Below are positions 19,631-28,940 of a stretch of 64,000 bases of DNA, in pieces; position 1 is the stretch's first letter, and every line of letters begins with the position of its first letter. The translations under genes and the position numbers were made by a program. Origin of the DNA: Candidatus Micrarchaeota archaeon (GTDB taxonomy: Archaea > Micrarchaeota > Micrarchaeia > Burarchaeales > Fermentimicrarchaeaceae); contig JACCLG010000050.1 of the NCBI GenBank assembly GCA_013425335.1, positions 17,532 to 81,531 of the forward strand, in the 5' to 3' direction. The notes below the pieces were generated by a model, which saw only the letters and a program-made list of their open reading frames with translations, made no database searches and was not told the DNA's origin.

Positions 19631-20472
19631 AGATGAGCGAGGAGAGCCTGAAGCAGAAGAAGGAGTTCGTCTCAAGCCTAGCGGAGAGGATAAAGAAGTT
19701 CAAGGTTATCGCGGTTGCTGACATAAGAAACTATCCAGACAAGCACCTGCAGGCACTAAGGAAGAAGCTGAGGGGAAAGGCAGATATGATTGTCGCAAAG
19801 AATTCCCTCATACAGAGGGCTCTTGAGAAGGCCGGGAAGGGGACTGAACTGGCAAGCGCAATGACAGGCCCCACAGCACTTATACTCACAGATATGAACC
19901 CGTTCCAGCTCTACAGGCTTGTGAAGCAGGGCAAGGGGAAGGCAGCTGCAAAGCCAGGGCAGATAGCGCCCTATGATATAATTATACCCGCCGGCGAAAC
20001 CTCGCTTCCGCCAGGGCCTGTGCTCTCCGAGCTCAAGCAGGGAGGAGTCAACGCACAGATTAAGGGGGGCAAGGTTTTCATTGCAACCGACTCTGTTGTG
20101 GCAAAGGCAGGTCAGAAGATAACCGATGCAGCCTCAAAAGCGTTGCAGAAGCTGGGAATTGAGCCGTTTGAGATAATGCTGAACATCCATGCAGCCTGGG
20201 AGGACAGGCTTGTCTACAAGAAGGATGTGCTTGACGTTGATGAGGAGAAGTTCCTTGCAGACCTCAGAAAAGGTGCTTCAGAAGCTCTAAACCTTTCAAT
20301 GAGCGCTTCTTATCCGACAAAGGAGAACATCAAGCTCATGCTACAGAAGGCTTACCTCAACTCAAAAAGCCTTGCAGTGAATGCTGAAATATATGAGAAG
20401 GATGTGATTGACGTAATACTCGCAAAGGCAAACATGCAGGCGGGTGCATTGAAAACAAAAATTGGTGCTTAA
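19627..20472 (+). CDS. rpl10: 50S ribosomal protein L10 (acidic ribosomal protein P0)
   Basis: P0 family; 281 aa; 4-nt overlap with L1. Confidence 0.85.
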   Translation: MKMSEESLKQKKEFVSSLAERIKKFKVIAVADIRNYPDKHLQALRKKLRGKADMIVAKNSLIQRALEKAGKGTELASAMTGPTALILTDMNPFQLYRLVKQGKGKAAAKPGQIAPYDIIIPAGETSLPPGPVLSELKQGGVNAQIKGGKVFIATDSVVAKAGQKITDAASKALQKLGIEPFEIMLNIHAAWEDRLVYKKDVLDVDEEKFLADLRKGASEALNLSMSASYPTKENIKLMLQKAYLNSKSLAVNAEIYEKDVIDVILAKANMQAGALKTKIGA

Positions 20473-20488
20473 ACCAGGAGGTAATTTT

Positions 20489-20782
20489 ATGGAATATGTG
20501 TATGCGGCTCTGTTGCTGCATGCTGCAAAGCAGCCAGTGAATGAAGAGAATGTCGCCAAGGTACTTGGCTCATCTGGCATGCAGGTTGACCAGGCCAGAG
20601 TGAAGGCTCTTGTGTCCTCTCTGCAGGGAGTGAACATAGAAGAGGCAATAAAGCAGGCAGCAATGCCAGTTGCGGCTCCGGCTCAGGCAGCAGCGCCAGC
20701 AGCAAAGGCAGAAGAGAAGAAAGAGGAGAAGAAACCAACAGCGGAGGAAGCTGCGGCAGGACTGTCGGCTCTATTCGGTTGA
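20489..20782 (+). CDS. rpl12: 50S ribosomal protein L12 (P1), acidic stalk protein
   Basis: N-terminus [15 protein letters not shown], Ala/Glu/Lys-rich hinge, C-terminus GLSALFG; internal ATG 20489 chosen. Confidence 0.85.
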   Translation: MEYVYAALLLHAAKQPVNEENVAKVLGSSGMQVDQARVKALVSSLQGVNIEEAIKQAAMPVAAPAQAAAPAAKAEEKKEEKKPTAEEAAAGLSALFG

Positions 20783-20795
20783 TTTTTAAAAAGGG
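20783..20795 (+). terminator. T-rich stretch after L12 (candidate archaeal intrinsic terminator)
   Basis: 'ttgatttttaaaaa' immediately after the rpl12 stop. Confidence 0.3.
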
Positions 20796-21061
20796 TTGGG
20801 AGATGCCAGCGAGTTTCCTTAGCCGGCAGCTCCCATAAGGGGCAATCAGAACCCCAGGTCCGGCCATTCCTCCTTTCCACCATGCCTACGTGGCATGCTC
20901 CCACCCCTAAGGGTCTAGCTTCCTGCTTCATAGACGTTGCTTCTGCAACATCTCTCTCCTTCTGCAAGGAATTGCAGGCGTTACTTCCCCCTTGCCCAGG
21001 GGTAGCTCTCATGAGTATGCTTTTACCCCACCTCTGAAGACTGTGGGGTTTCTCGATCGCT

Positions 21062-21187
21062 TCAGCTAACGTCAAGTACCAGCCTATCCCCTATCCTTTG
21101 TATCACGGTGGAAACATTACTCATCTTGAGCCTCTCAGCGAGAGCCTCTACTTCATTCAAGGTCAGTTGCGCGATGTCAATTTTCAT
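21062..21187 (-). CDS. Small protein (41 aa), copy 1 of a paralogous pair behind a duplicated promoter/5'UTR
   Basis: Start MKIDIAQL preceded by SD 'gaggtgattgag'; the upstream 87 nt are nearly identical to 58335-58421; the ORF-track N-terminal extension is the conserved non-coding leader read through. Confidence 0.5.
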   Translation of the reverse strand: MKIDIAQLTLNEVEALAERLKMSNVSTVIQRIGDRLVLDVS

Positions 21188-21267
21188 CTCAATCACCTCT
21201 TTACTGCTAAGAGCTGGTTTTCCGGGGTATTTAAATAGGCGGAAGGGGGGTAGCTTTCCAGTGATCA
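21181..21267 (-). promoter_or_regulatory. Conserved 87-nt promoter + 5'UTR cassette (BRE/TATA 'cgcctatttaaatacc', SD 'gaggtga'), copy 1
   Basis: About 84/87 identity with 58335-58421; TATA box and SD are positioned correctly for the downstream small gene. Confidence 0.6.
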
Positions 21268-21337
21268 TAACGACGTGGCTTCGAGGTGATTACTAAACAA
21301 AAACAAGCTTAAATATCAGAAAAGGAATAATTTAGAC

Positions 21338-22207
21338 ATGGCTGAAAACGTCAAAATTATAGGAAAGCAGAACTCGGAAGAAAAAGCACCAGAAAAAGAG
21401 CACTTCCAGCATATCAAGGAGCTTATCCACCACCTGCATAGAAAGAAATTTGTCGAACCCAGCTCAGTGGAGGAGGTACTGAGATGGATAGATAATGACT
21501 GGAAAAGCGGGGCGCTGAAGAAATTTGCTGATGAACATGAAAAGGATAAGGAAAAATTCATAAAGAAGTTTAAGGCGAATGAAAAGCTTACTGCGGAGAT
21601 GAAAAGTATAATGGAGAAAGTGGGCAAGGGCGTTCTGAGCGAAGATGAGATAAAAGAGGTTAAGGAGAGATTCGGAGGGGCAAAATACTCATGGAGCCGT
21701 TACTCCGTGGCTCCCGTTATAGCCGCCCAGCAAAGAGCAAGCCATATCGAAATAATTAGAACCGTCCCCTTACTGGATGGAGCCATGCGTTACGGTGAAG
21801 AAATCCATGAGTCTGCCCACTATATACAGCTCTTTATAACGGAAAAGCAGCTTGAGCGCGGAGACATCAAGGACCCAATACTAAAAAAACTTCATGGTTA
21901 CCTGCATGAAAAATACGATACTGAGACAATTGAGACCGTAGAGCGTATCTATCTTGGCAGGAGATATGAGGAAACAATAGCCAACGCCCTTAGTTATAGT
22001 ATGTTACACTCAAGAGACACATCCAACGCTTCTCGTGATCTCAATGTAATAATTGAGTTCAGGCTAATCGGGCGGGATATCCGGGATTTGGGACATCTTG
22101 CCAAGGATAACCCCAAGAAATTCAGAGAGCTCCTAGAAAACCCGTCATGGTGGGTGGAAGCTGGCAGCGTTGAAAGCCTTGTGGAGAAGCTAAAACGGAG
22201 TGAGTAA
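21338..22207 (+). CDS. Hypothetical protein (289 aa)
   Basis: Clean ORF with leaderless start after the conserved 'aaaggaataatttagac' promoter motif. Confidence 0.55.
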   Translation: MAENVKIIGKQNSEEKAPEKEHFQHIKELIHHLHRKKFVEPSSVEEVLRWIDNDWKSGALKKFADEHEKDKEKFIKKFKANEKLTAEMKSIMEKVGKGVLSEDEIKEVKERFGGAKYSWSRYSVAPVIAAQQRASHIEIIRTVPLLDGAMRYGEEIHESAHYIQLFITEKQLERGDIKDPILKKLHGYLHEKYDTETIETVERIYLGRRYEETIANALSYSMLHSRDTSNASRDLNVIIEFRLIGRDIRDLGHLAKDNPKKFRELLENPSWWVEAGSVESLVEKLKRSE

Positions 22208-22291
22208 TCAAATGTAACCATGGTTACATACTGCACGGCTTTGTTTATGAGGCACGTAATAGGCAACCAGTACTCCAAAGTTCGAGGTGGG

Positions 22292-23131
22292 TTACTCCCC
22301 CAGCAAAAGCCTCAGGCTGACATCCACTGCCTTCACAGAATGCGTCAGGCAGCCCATGGATATGTAATCAACATCATGCTTTGCATACTCCTCTATGTTG
22401 TCAAGGGTTATCCCGCCGGAAACCTCCACAATAATTTTCTCCCTCAGCCCGCTGTCCTTAAGCATCTTGGAAGCCTTGTTAATCTCGTCATGGGGCATGT
22501 TGTCGAACATCACCACATCAGCTCCGTTTTTCGCGGCTTCAAGCGCATCGTTTGCGTTGTTCACCTCTATGCATATCCTCTTTGTGAAGCTCGCATGCGC
22601 CTTTGCCCTTGAGAGGCATTCCTCAACGCTGCCGACAACCCTCAGGTGGTTCCTCTTTATGAGAACCTCGTCGTCAAGCCTCCACCTCTCCGGGTCTCCT
22701 CCTCCAATTTCCACTGACTTCTTGTCAAGGTAACCCAGCACCGTCTTCCTGGTGCATGTTATCTTCACCTTGGGGTTGACTTTCGTTGCAATTCTCACCG
22801 CATTGTTCGTCATTGTGGCTATGCCGCTCATCCTCTGGATTATGTTCAAAGCAGTCCTCTCGGCCTCAAACAATCTTCTGCTGTTCCCGCTCACTTCAAG
22901 AAGCACATTCCCCTCCTTCATCTGAGTTCCCTCCTTCATTATTTCTTTTACAGTGAGCATATTGCTTTTGAGTATATGAGCAGCCTCCTCCACTCCTGCG
23001 CATATCCCCTCCTCGCCTGCCACAATCTCTGCGCGCAGCTCCATGTTCTTTGGTATCACTGCTGCAGTTGTAATATCCCTGAAGCCTATATCTTCCCTCA
23101 TTATCTCAAGAATTATCTCTCTCCATCCCAT
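22292..23131 (-). CDS. nadC: Nicotinate-nucleotide pyrophosphorylase [carboxylating] (quinolinate phosphoribosyltransferase)
   Basis: QAPRTase family features through N- and C-terminal domains; 279 aa. Confidence 0.8.
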   Translation of the reverse strand: MGWREIILEIMREDIGFRDITTAAVIPKNMELRAEIVAGEEGICAGVEEAAHILKSNMLTVKEIMKEGTQMKEGNVLLEVSGNSRRLFEAERTALNIIQRMSGIATMTNNAVRIATKVNPKVKITCTRKTVLGYLDKKSVEIGGGDPERWRLDDEVLIKRNHLRVVGSVEECLSRAKAHASFTKRICIEVNNANDALEAAKNGADVVMFDNMPHDEINKASKMLKDSGLREKIIVEVSGGITLDNIEEYAKHDVDYISMGCLTHSVKAVDVSLRLLLGE

Positions 23132-23261
23132 GAGACCACCTAAGCTATTGTTGCATGGAGCTATTTAAAATTAGTGCCCAAGAGGAACATCCCTCGGATA
23201 TCTCCTAACAAAAACCTAGCCATTTAAATAACTGAATTCTTAAGTAGTTCAAGGTGATAAA

Positions 23262-24110
23262 ATGGCTGAAAAAACTGACAACTCAATGCTTATCGTAGGA
23301 ATACTGATTCTGGTGCTTCTCACGGCAGGTTTAACCTACTACATAACCAAGACTACGGCGGTTCTTCCGCCATCCAGCCAGACAAACACTACCAGCAAAC
23401 CCACAATTACCGTGAGCGGTGAGGCGACAAGAACTGTAACTCCGGATGTGCTCTCAATCGGGTTTACCATACAAACCTCCGCAGTGAATACCTCGGATTC
23501 GGAGGCGCTGAATGCTGCGGAGACTGCAAAGGTAAAAGCAGCGTTGCTTGAAGCCGGCTTGAATAAATCCGAAATTCACACGCAGTCATATTCCACGTAT
23601 CCCATCTACAACCAATCCTGCTACAGTTGCTATGGCGTGGAGGCCGTAAAAGATTATTCTGGTATGGCTTCTTCTATATCGTCATATCCTCCTTGCGGGT
23701 ATACAAACTGCACAGTTGTCGGTTACCAGACCACCCACTCAATACTTATAACGAGCGGCAATACGAATGAGGGAGGGAAATACATAGATGCTGCCCTCAC
23801 TTCCTCCAACTCCACTACTGTGGGCTACGTCTACTTCTCGCTGAAAGACCAGACAAGAATCCAGATAGAGTCTGCGCTGCAGGCTGAGGCCGCAGCGAGC
23901 GCCAAAACCAAGGCAGGCAACGTAGCAAGCGGGCTCGGTGCAACCCTTGGGAAGATTGTTTCAGTGAACCCAAGCTATTACCCATTCTACCCGGTATACG
24001 CCTACCAGAACAGCGCGGGAAGCACCAAAGAAGCACCGCCGACAGAGATATTCCCGACATCTACAACTTTGAGCAGCTCTATTACAATAGTTTATGAGCT
24101 CGTGCAGTAG
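23262..24110 (+). CDS. SIMPL-domain (DUF541) secreted protein with N-terminal TM
   Basis: N-terminal TM; SIMPL-like core (TITVSGEATRTVTPDVLSIGFTIQT...). Confidence 0.55.
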   Translation: MAEKTDNSMLIVGILILVLLTAGLTYYITKTTAVLPPSSQTNTTSKPTITVSGEATRTVTPDVLSIGFTIQTSAVNTSDSEALNAAETAKVKAALLEAGLNKSEIHTQSYSTYPIYNQSCYSCYGVEAVKDYSGMASSISSYPPCGYTNCTVVGYQTTHSILITSGNTNEGGKYIDAALTSSNSTTVGYVYFSLKDQTRIQIESALQAEAAASAKTKAGNVASGLGATLGKIVSVNPSYYPFYPVYAYQNSAGSTKEAPPTEIFPTSTTLSSSITIVYELVQ

Positions 24111-24112
24111 AG

Positions 24113-25033
24113 CTACTTCCCAGAAGATTTGCTGGAGACTTCCAGCATCCTATCCAGAGCAACCCTGGCCCTTTTGATGATATTCTCATCTATCTCAACA
24201 GGGTAAACCTCCTCCTGGATAGACCTCAAAACAGCAGGAAGGGTATTCTTCTTCTGCTGTATGCATGTTGCAACAATCGCATAGAACCTCTTGTCAGGCA
24301 GCTCCAGCTTCAGCCTTTCAACCATCCCATGTTCTGTAATGATTATGAACTCTTCCGCCTCATCCTCTCTTGCGTAGTACAGCATCTGGCTCGTGCTGCA
24401 AACATAATCCGCCAGTCCAATAACATCCAGAGGGCATTCGGGATGCACCAGCACCTTCGCCTCAGGATGCAGGTTCTTCGCCTCCTTCACCTGAGCAGCG
24501 GTAATCTTCGAATGGACATAGCAGAACCCCTTCCACGGGATTATTTTTTTGCTGCTCTTGCTCTGAACATACTTGGCAAGGTTCTCATCAGGGACAAAAA
24601 TTATCTCTTTTTCCGGCAGTGAGTTGACAACTTGAACACAGTTGGAAGACGTGCAACAGATGTCCGACTCAGCTTTTGTCTCGGCAGATGTGTTGACGTA
24701 GGAAACAACCGCTGCATTGGGATGCTTTTTTTTCAAATCCAGCAGCTCATTCCTAGTAACCATCCCGGCCATGGGGCACTGCGCATCTCTTACAGGAATC
24801 AGCACTTTCTTGTCCGGGCTGAGTATCTTTGCGGACTCAGCCATGAAATCCACTCCGCAGAACACTATCATGTCTGCATCTGTCTTGGCAGCCTCCTTGC
24901 TCAGCTCCAGAGAATCTCCGATGAAGTCGGCCACTTGGTATATTTCAGGCCTCTGGTAGTTGTGGGCAAGCATAATGGCGTTCTTCTCTTTCTTCAGCCT
25001 GTTGATTTTGTTGATTAATGCCTCATCGCTCAT
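24113..25033 (-). CDS. nadA: Quinolinate synthase A
   Basis: NadA N-terminus KKEKNAIMLAHNYQRPEIYQVADFIGDSLELS and conserved Cys ligands. Confidence 0.85.
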   Translation of the reverse strand: MSDEALINKINRLKKEKNAIMLAHNYQRPEIYQVADFIGDSLELSKEAAKTDADMIVFCGVDFMAESAKILSPDKKVLIPVRDAQCPMAGMVTRNELLDLKKKHPNAAVVSYVNTSAETKAESDICCTSSNCVQVVNSLPEKEIIFVPDENLAKYVQSKSSKKIIPWKGFCYVHSKITAAQVKEAKNLHPEAKVLVHPECPLDVIGLADYVCSTSQMLYYAREDEAEEFIIITEHGMVERLKLELPDKRFYAIVATCIQQKKNTLPAVLRSIQEEVYPVEIDENIIKRARVALDRMLEVSSKSSGK

Positions 25034-25075
25034 GTCCCCACCTGAATTGTCTGAATGCTTCGGCTTGATAACTAT

Positions 25076-25837
25076 TTAAGCCTCGTATCTGACCGTGAAA
25101 GTTCCGGTTGTCGTTTTTGTTAAGTTTGTATCCATTTCGGTGTATCTCACATATATCCGTCCAGTATACGGCGCTCCAATAATCTTTGTATCTGACGGCA
25201 GATTCCCGTTTGCATCAGTGCATGTCACATTGTTAATTCCATCTGTAGCGCTAGTTGGATCCGCTATGAACGCAAAGCTTCCTGAAGGTATTGTCACATT
25301 TGTTGTAGCTGAACCTCCAATTGCATCATAGGAGATGTAGGAGCTACTTGCATAGGACTGGGAAACGTTCTGTGTGCATGAAACACCTGTCACAACTATT
25401 GTCTTCCCAGTTCCTTGCCTTATGTTTAGACTGAGCTTACCTGTATTTGCCCAGAGCTTGACTTCGTAGCACGAGATACCCGCAGGGAATTCGCACTGTA
25501 ACGGTATTGGCGGGCAGAGCATTCCTGTGGTGAACAGCATAGTGAATGTTATAACTAAGAGAAGCACTGCATCAAGCAAATGGGGAGACTTGAGCCCTAT
25601 TATAATGAGAAAGATTATGACTGCTAAGACAAATAAAGGAAAATGCCACGGAGTGCATATAGAAACCCACGTGCAGTAGATAACTACGAAAAAAATTAAT
25701 GTGAATACTATCTGTAGAATCCAAAGTAAATTTTTATTATCCTTCTTTTGAGCAACAACTTCGCTCTTCCTAGCCATTTTACCACCGGTAGGATATTCTT
25801 TTCGGTATTTAAAAATAGCAGTCATCCTGCCAGTCAT
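25076..25837 (-). CDS. Membrane protein with extracellular Ser/Thr-rich domain (start uncertain, possibly ATG 25777)
   Basis: Three TM helices followed by a Thr/Ser/Gly-rich beta-rich domain. Confidence 0.45.
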   Translation of the reverse strand: MTGRMTAIFKYRKEYPTGGKMARKSEVVAQKKDNKNLLWILQIVFTLIFFVVIYCTWVSICTPWHFPLFVLAVIIFLIIIGLKSPHLLDAVLLLVITFTMLFTTGMLCPPIPLQCEFPAGISCYEVKLWANTGKLSLNIRQGTGKTIVVTGVSCTQNVSQSYASSSYISYDAIGGSATTNVTIPSGSFAFIADPTSATDGINNVTCTDANGNLPSDTKIIGAPYTGRIYVRYTEMDTNLTKTTTGTFTVRYEA

Positions 25838-25847
25838 TTCGCCAGCT

Positions 25848-26651
25848 TTATGTCCCTATCTGGATTGATTCGGTAATCTTTTTCAAAGTTGCTACTGCGG
25901 ACAGTGCAGCCAAATAGCTTGTCTTGGGGTTGTCCGGGCTCGGAACATTCTCCGTCCTGACCTTCAGCACACCGAATCTGCCCTCTGCAGTGATCTCATG
26001 AATGTTGGACTTTATATTCGGGTCGGCAATTATCTGCACCCTTGTCCTCTTGGGGCCTATCCCCGCCAGGCTGAGGGATGCTGCAACGTTAATATTGGAA
26101 GGGAACAGCTTGACAGCTTCCTCCGCAGAGCCTTCGTATACTACTGTCGGCTTTTTGATTTCACTCAGATTCATAGGATGTTTTTCGAAGAATGGGGCGC
26201 CTTCCAGCGACTTGGGAGGCTTTGTTGTCTTTATCATCACCCTCTCTATTTCATCCCTCGCGGATTTTATGCCGTCCAGGCCGGCGATGGCGCCGGATGG
26301 CAGGTAGACTTTCAGGCTGTTCTTTTCTGCGAGCCCTCTAATCTCCTGAAGCAATTTGTCATCAACCAAGGCGCCTGTGCTCATTATCATGACATTCTTT
26401 TTTGCTTTCAGGGCTTTCGGTATGAGGGTCCTGGCTGCTTCCTGCGAGGCAGCCTCCAGCACCAAATCCAGCTCCTGCTTCAGCAGCTCGTCAAACTCCA
26501 TGTATTGCGTATGGAATTTCCCTGCAAACTCCTCAGCCTTTTTCTTATCCATATCGTAAACGCACTTCAGCTCTGCCTTTATTCTTTTTTCAGCTATATT
26601 TCTAGCAATAACGGTGCCAATAGCTCCACAGCCTATCAAACCAATCCTCAT
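25848..26651 (-). CDS. nadX: L-aspartate dehydrogenase
   Basis: N-terminus MRIGLIGCGAIG; 267 aa; located with nadA/nadC. Confidence 0.8.
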   Translation of the reverse strand: MRIGLIGCGAIGTVIARNIAEKRIKAELKCVYDMDKKKAEEFAGKFHTQYMEFDELLKQELDLVLEAASQEAARTLIPKALKAKKNVMIMSTGALVDDKLLQEIRGLAEKNSLKVYLPSGAIAGLDGIKSARDEIERVMIKTTKPPKSLEGAPFFEKHPMNLSEIKKPTVVYEGSAEEAVKLFPSNINVAASLSLAGIGPKRTRVQIIADPNIKSNIHEITAEGRFGVLKVRTENVPSPDNPKTSYLAALSAVATLKKITESIQIGT

Positions 26652-26753
26652 CTAATCACTAAAACAATGTTCTTCATCCGCAAGGGTTCGCCTTTCCCCT
26701 GCTTCAGCTCTCGCATAGTTTAATAACCATAAATAATTATAAATTATCCTCAC

Positions 26754-26838
26754 GGGCCGGTAGATCAATGGTAGATCGCTACCTTCGCATCTTCCGCGGA
26801 AAAGGTAGAGGCTGCGGGTTCGAATCCCGCCCGGTCCA
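26754..26838 (+). tRNA. tRNA-Ala (anticodon CGC) with 13-nt intron after position 37
   Basis: Acceptor stem GGGCCGG/CCGGTCC with the G3:U70 Ala identity pair, D-arm GATC/GATC, anticodon stem CTACC/GGTAG, loop TTCGCA, then insert 'tcttccgcggaaa'. T-arm GCGGG-TTCGAAT-CCCGC, discriminator A, no encoded CCA. Confidence 0.8.
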
Positions 26839-26899
26839 TCTCATCATCCCCTTCATCAAAACCAGCATCAAATTCAGTATGGGCAGTTGAATTCCTTTA

Positions 26900-27160
26900 T
26901 TATGGAGGACACAAAGGTCCAAGATAAAATACCACTCCAAATAGGGCAATTGCCAGAAGCGCCAACGGAACAGAATTCAGAATCAGAGCAATAGCTACAA
27001 GGATTATCAATGAAGGGATAAGAGACATGCCAAGTGCTCGGTTGCACAAAATACCTATATTTAAGCTAAGTAGGAGGAAGAAAAACACATACAGCAGTTT
27101 CAACCCATTGCGAAAGCTTTCATTGCCCTTCTTCTTGACTTCTCCTTTATTGCCTGCCAT
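26900..27160 (-). CDS. Small membrane protein (86 aa)
   Basis: Two TM helices; weak evidence only. Confidence 0.3.
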   Translation of the reverse strand: MAGNKGEVKKKGNESFRNGLKLLYVFFFLLLSLNIGILCNRALGMSLIPSLIILVAIALILNSVPLALLAIALFGVVFYLGPLCPP

Positions 27161-27331
27161 TCTACCACCCTACCAAACATTGTTGTTTTTATATATATTA
27201 ATTGCTTTGTATAAAAAACGATTGGGGGTGGTACGTATGAATAAGGGGGTTCGAATCCAAGGGGAGAGTAGAGGGAACCGAGAGGTTCTTCTTTTGGGCT
27301 TATGCTTAAATATCAAAGATGAGCAATTTAA

Positions 27332-27850
27332 GTGGTGATGTTTATGCCGGAAACCGATATGGGGCCAAACACTTCTGAAACTATTAAGGGAGGACCTATT
27401 GCAATGAAAAGGATGGAATCGGGTCCTGCTTTCGGTAAAATCGCAATGCGCAAGCTGGATGACTGGAGGCTCCTGGGTCACGGGAGCTGGGAAGGAGTTG
27501 GACAGGCAGTGGTGGAAATATCCTACGGAAGGGACCACAGCGACATACACGAGCCAGTTGAGAAGGGAACAATACACGTTAATCTTTACAGGGAGCACAA
27601 GGAAATCAAGGACCAGGGCTGGGAGACGGTCTGCCATGTCACTTTCAGGAGGGAGGGCCTGCTGAAGCGCTGGAACTTTGACAAGGTCCTAGAGCAGGAG
27701 AGCGGCCTTATAGTCAATAACGCTGTGAAGGATGAGTGGGAGAAGGCCTTCAGGGGGCTTATGAAGAGCAGGGAGGCAAAGGACTGGCTGAAATACCTTG
27801 AGGAGCATTACGACAAGATGAAGGAATTCAAGGTGTATAAACTCCCCTGA
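27332..27850 (+). CDS. Hypothetical protein (172 aa)
   Basis: Clean ORF upstream of the JAB-like gene; no family recognised. Confidence 0.45.
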   Translation: MVMFMPETDMGPNTSETIKGGPIAMKRMESGPAFGKIAMRKLDDWRLLGHGSWEGVGQAVVEISYGRDHSDIHEPVEKGTIHVNLYREHKEIKDQGWETVCHVTFRREGLLKRWNFDKVLEQESGLIVNNAVKDEWEKAFRGLMKSREAKDWLKYLEEHYDKMKEFKVYKLP

Positions 27851-27935
27851 TTTGCTACTTGCGCAGGGAGGTTAGAAGGGACCGCCAGGTCCCTCTCTTG
27901 AAGGTTTAAATAGCAAAAGAGGCCTAATTTAGGGT

Positions 27936-28940
27936 ATGGAAAGATACAAGTTGCATGCTCCTTATGTAAACGCAAGGCCAATCGAACTGGAAATCACGGA
28001 GATGCAGGAAAGAAGGCAGGCAAGGGAAATTGCCGATTTGCTGGAACCGCTTCAGCTTGACAAAAACTCGCTGATTCTCAGAAAAGGGGCAAAGGCATGC
28101 GCGATTCCTCTGGAAGCAGCCAAGCAGCTCGGGGAGCTGGGAAACAGGGGGTTGTACCTTGGCGGAGCCGGGCCCTACGAGCTGAGAACCCTCGGAGTTG
28201 GGGATGCCCTCAACAGGAACGTCACTTGCGTCAGGGAGTTCGTCCTGCCTAATTCTGCCAATATACTGACCATCGGGGAATTTAAGAACATTGCAGTCGG
28301 CAGGGAGCAGAAGGCGCCATCAGTGCTCGACAAGTTTCTTGACGATGAAAGAGTATACAGAAGGACAATGATTGAGCTTGTGAAGGACATAGTTGACAAG
28401 GGAAAGAAGGAGGACATTGAGCTGCTCAACGAGTACAGGGGCAGATTCCGGGAGATATTCGGCGCCGTCACATTCCAAGATCTCACGGAAAGCCACTGGG
28501 AGATGATATCAAACCCTTACGTAGTAGCATACACCAAATATTACCTTGACAGGGTGAGGAGCAAACCGGGAGGCATCGTTGCCGACTTCCACATCCACCC
28601 AGGCTTGGAGAAAACCGCTCCCTCAAGGACGGACGCGTGGATTTTCGCAGGGCCCAGTCAGTTCTGCGAGTGGTCCGGCATCCTGCATGTGGACAGGCGC
28701 GAGCTGTGGGGGTCTTTCAGGCTGGATTTGAACAGCCTTTCCGCCTACTACTCAGACATGGAGGATGCGGAGTGGCTCCGCCATGCGGTTTCAGAGCTGA
28801 GCAAGGCATCGCTGCACAGCAGGGCTCTGACATATTTTGAGCTTCTTCTTTCGGGGAAAACAAAAATCGTGCGGGATTTCATGAAAACGCATTCCGCGGA
28901 TGTAATGACATACGGGCAGCTGGTTGAGAAGGCAGAATAG
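27936..28940 (+). CDS. Hypothetical protein with C-terminal JAB/MPN (JAMM)-like metalloprotease motif
   Basis: DFHIHPGLEKTAPSRTD resembles the JAMM motif HxHx7-8Sx2D; leaderless start after the conserved 'agaggcctaatttaggg' promoter motif. Confidence 0.5.
   Translation: MERYKLHAPYVNARPIELEITEMQERRQAREIADLLEPLQLDKNSLILRKGAKACAIPLEAAKQLGELGNRGLYLGGAGPYELRTLGVGDALNRNVTCVREFVLPNSANILTIGEFKNIAVGREQKAPSVLDKFLDDERVYRRTMIELVKDIVDKGKKEDIELLNEYRGRFREIFGAVTFQDLTESHWEMISNPYVVAYTKYYLDRVRSKPGGIVADFHIHPGLEKTAPSRTDAWIFAGPSQFCEWSGILHVDRRELWGSFRLDLNSLSAYYSDMEDAEWLRHAVSELSKASLHSRALTYFELLLSGKTKIVRDFMKTHSADVMTYGQLVEKAE

Noticed and set aside
21062-21268. ORF-track N-terminal extensions (ITGKLPPFRLFKYPGKPALSS...) of the two small paralogs, which look like a conserved peptide
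   Set aside because: The conserved part coincides with a BRE/TATA box, a spacer and an SD at correct spacings. The second copy's extension overlaps the hsp20 CDS. It is therefore interpreted as promoter/5'UTR, not as protein.
27228-27290. tRNA-like T-arm fragment 'aagggggttcgaatccaagggg'
   Set aside because: Only a T-stem 5' strand and loop are present. The 3' strand does not pair and there is no acceptor or anticodon arm, so it is not a functional tRNA. It is mentioned only as a possible integration relic.
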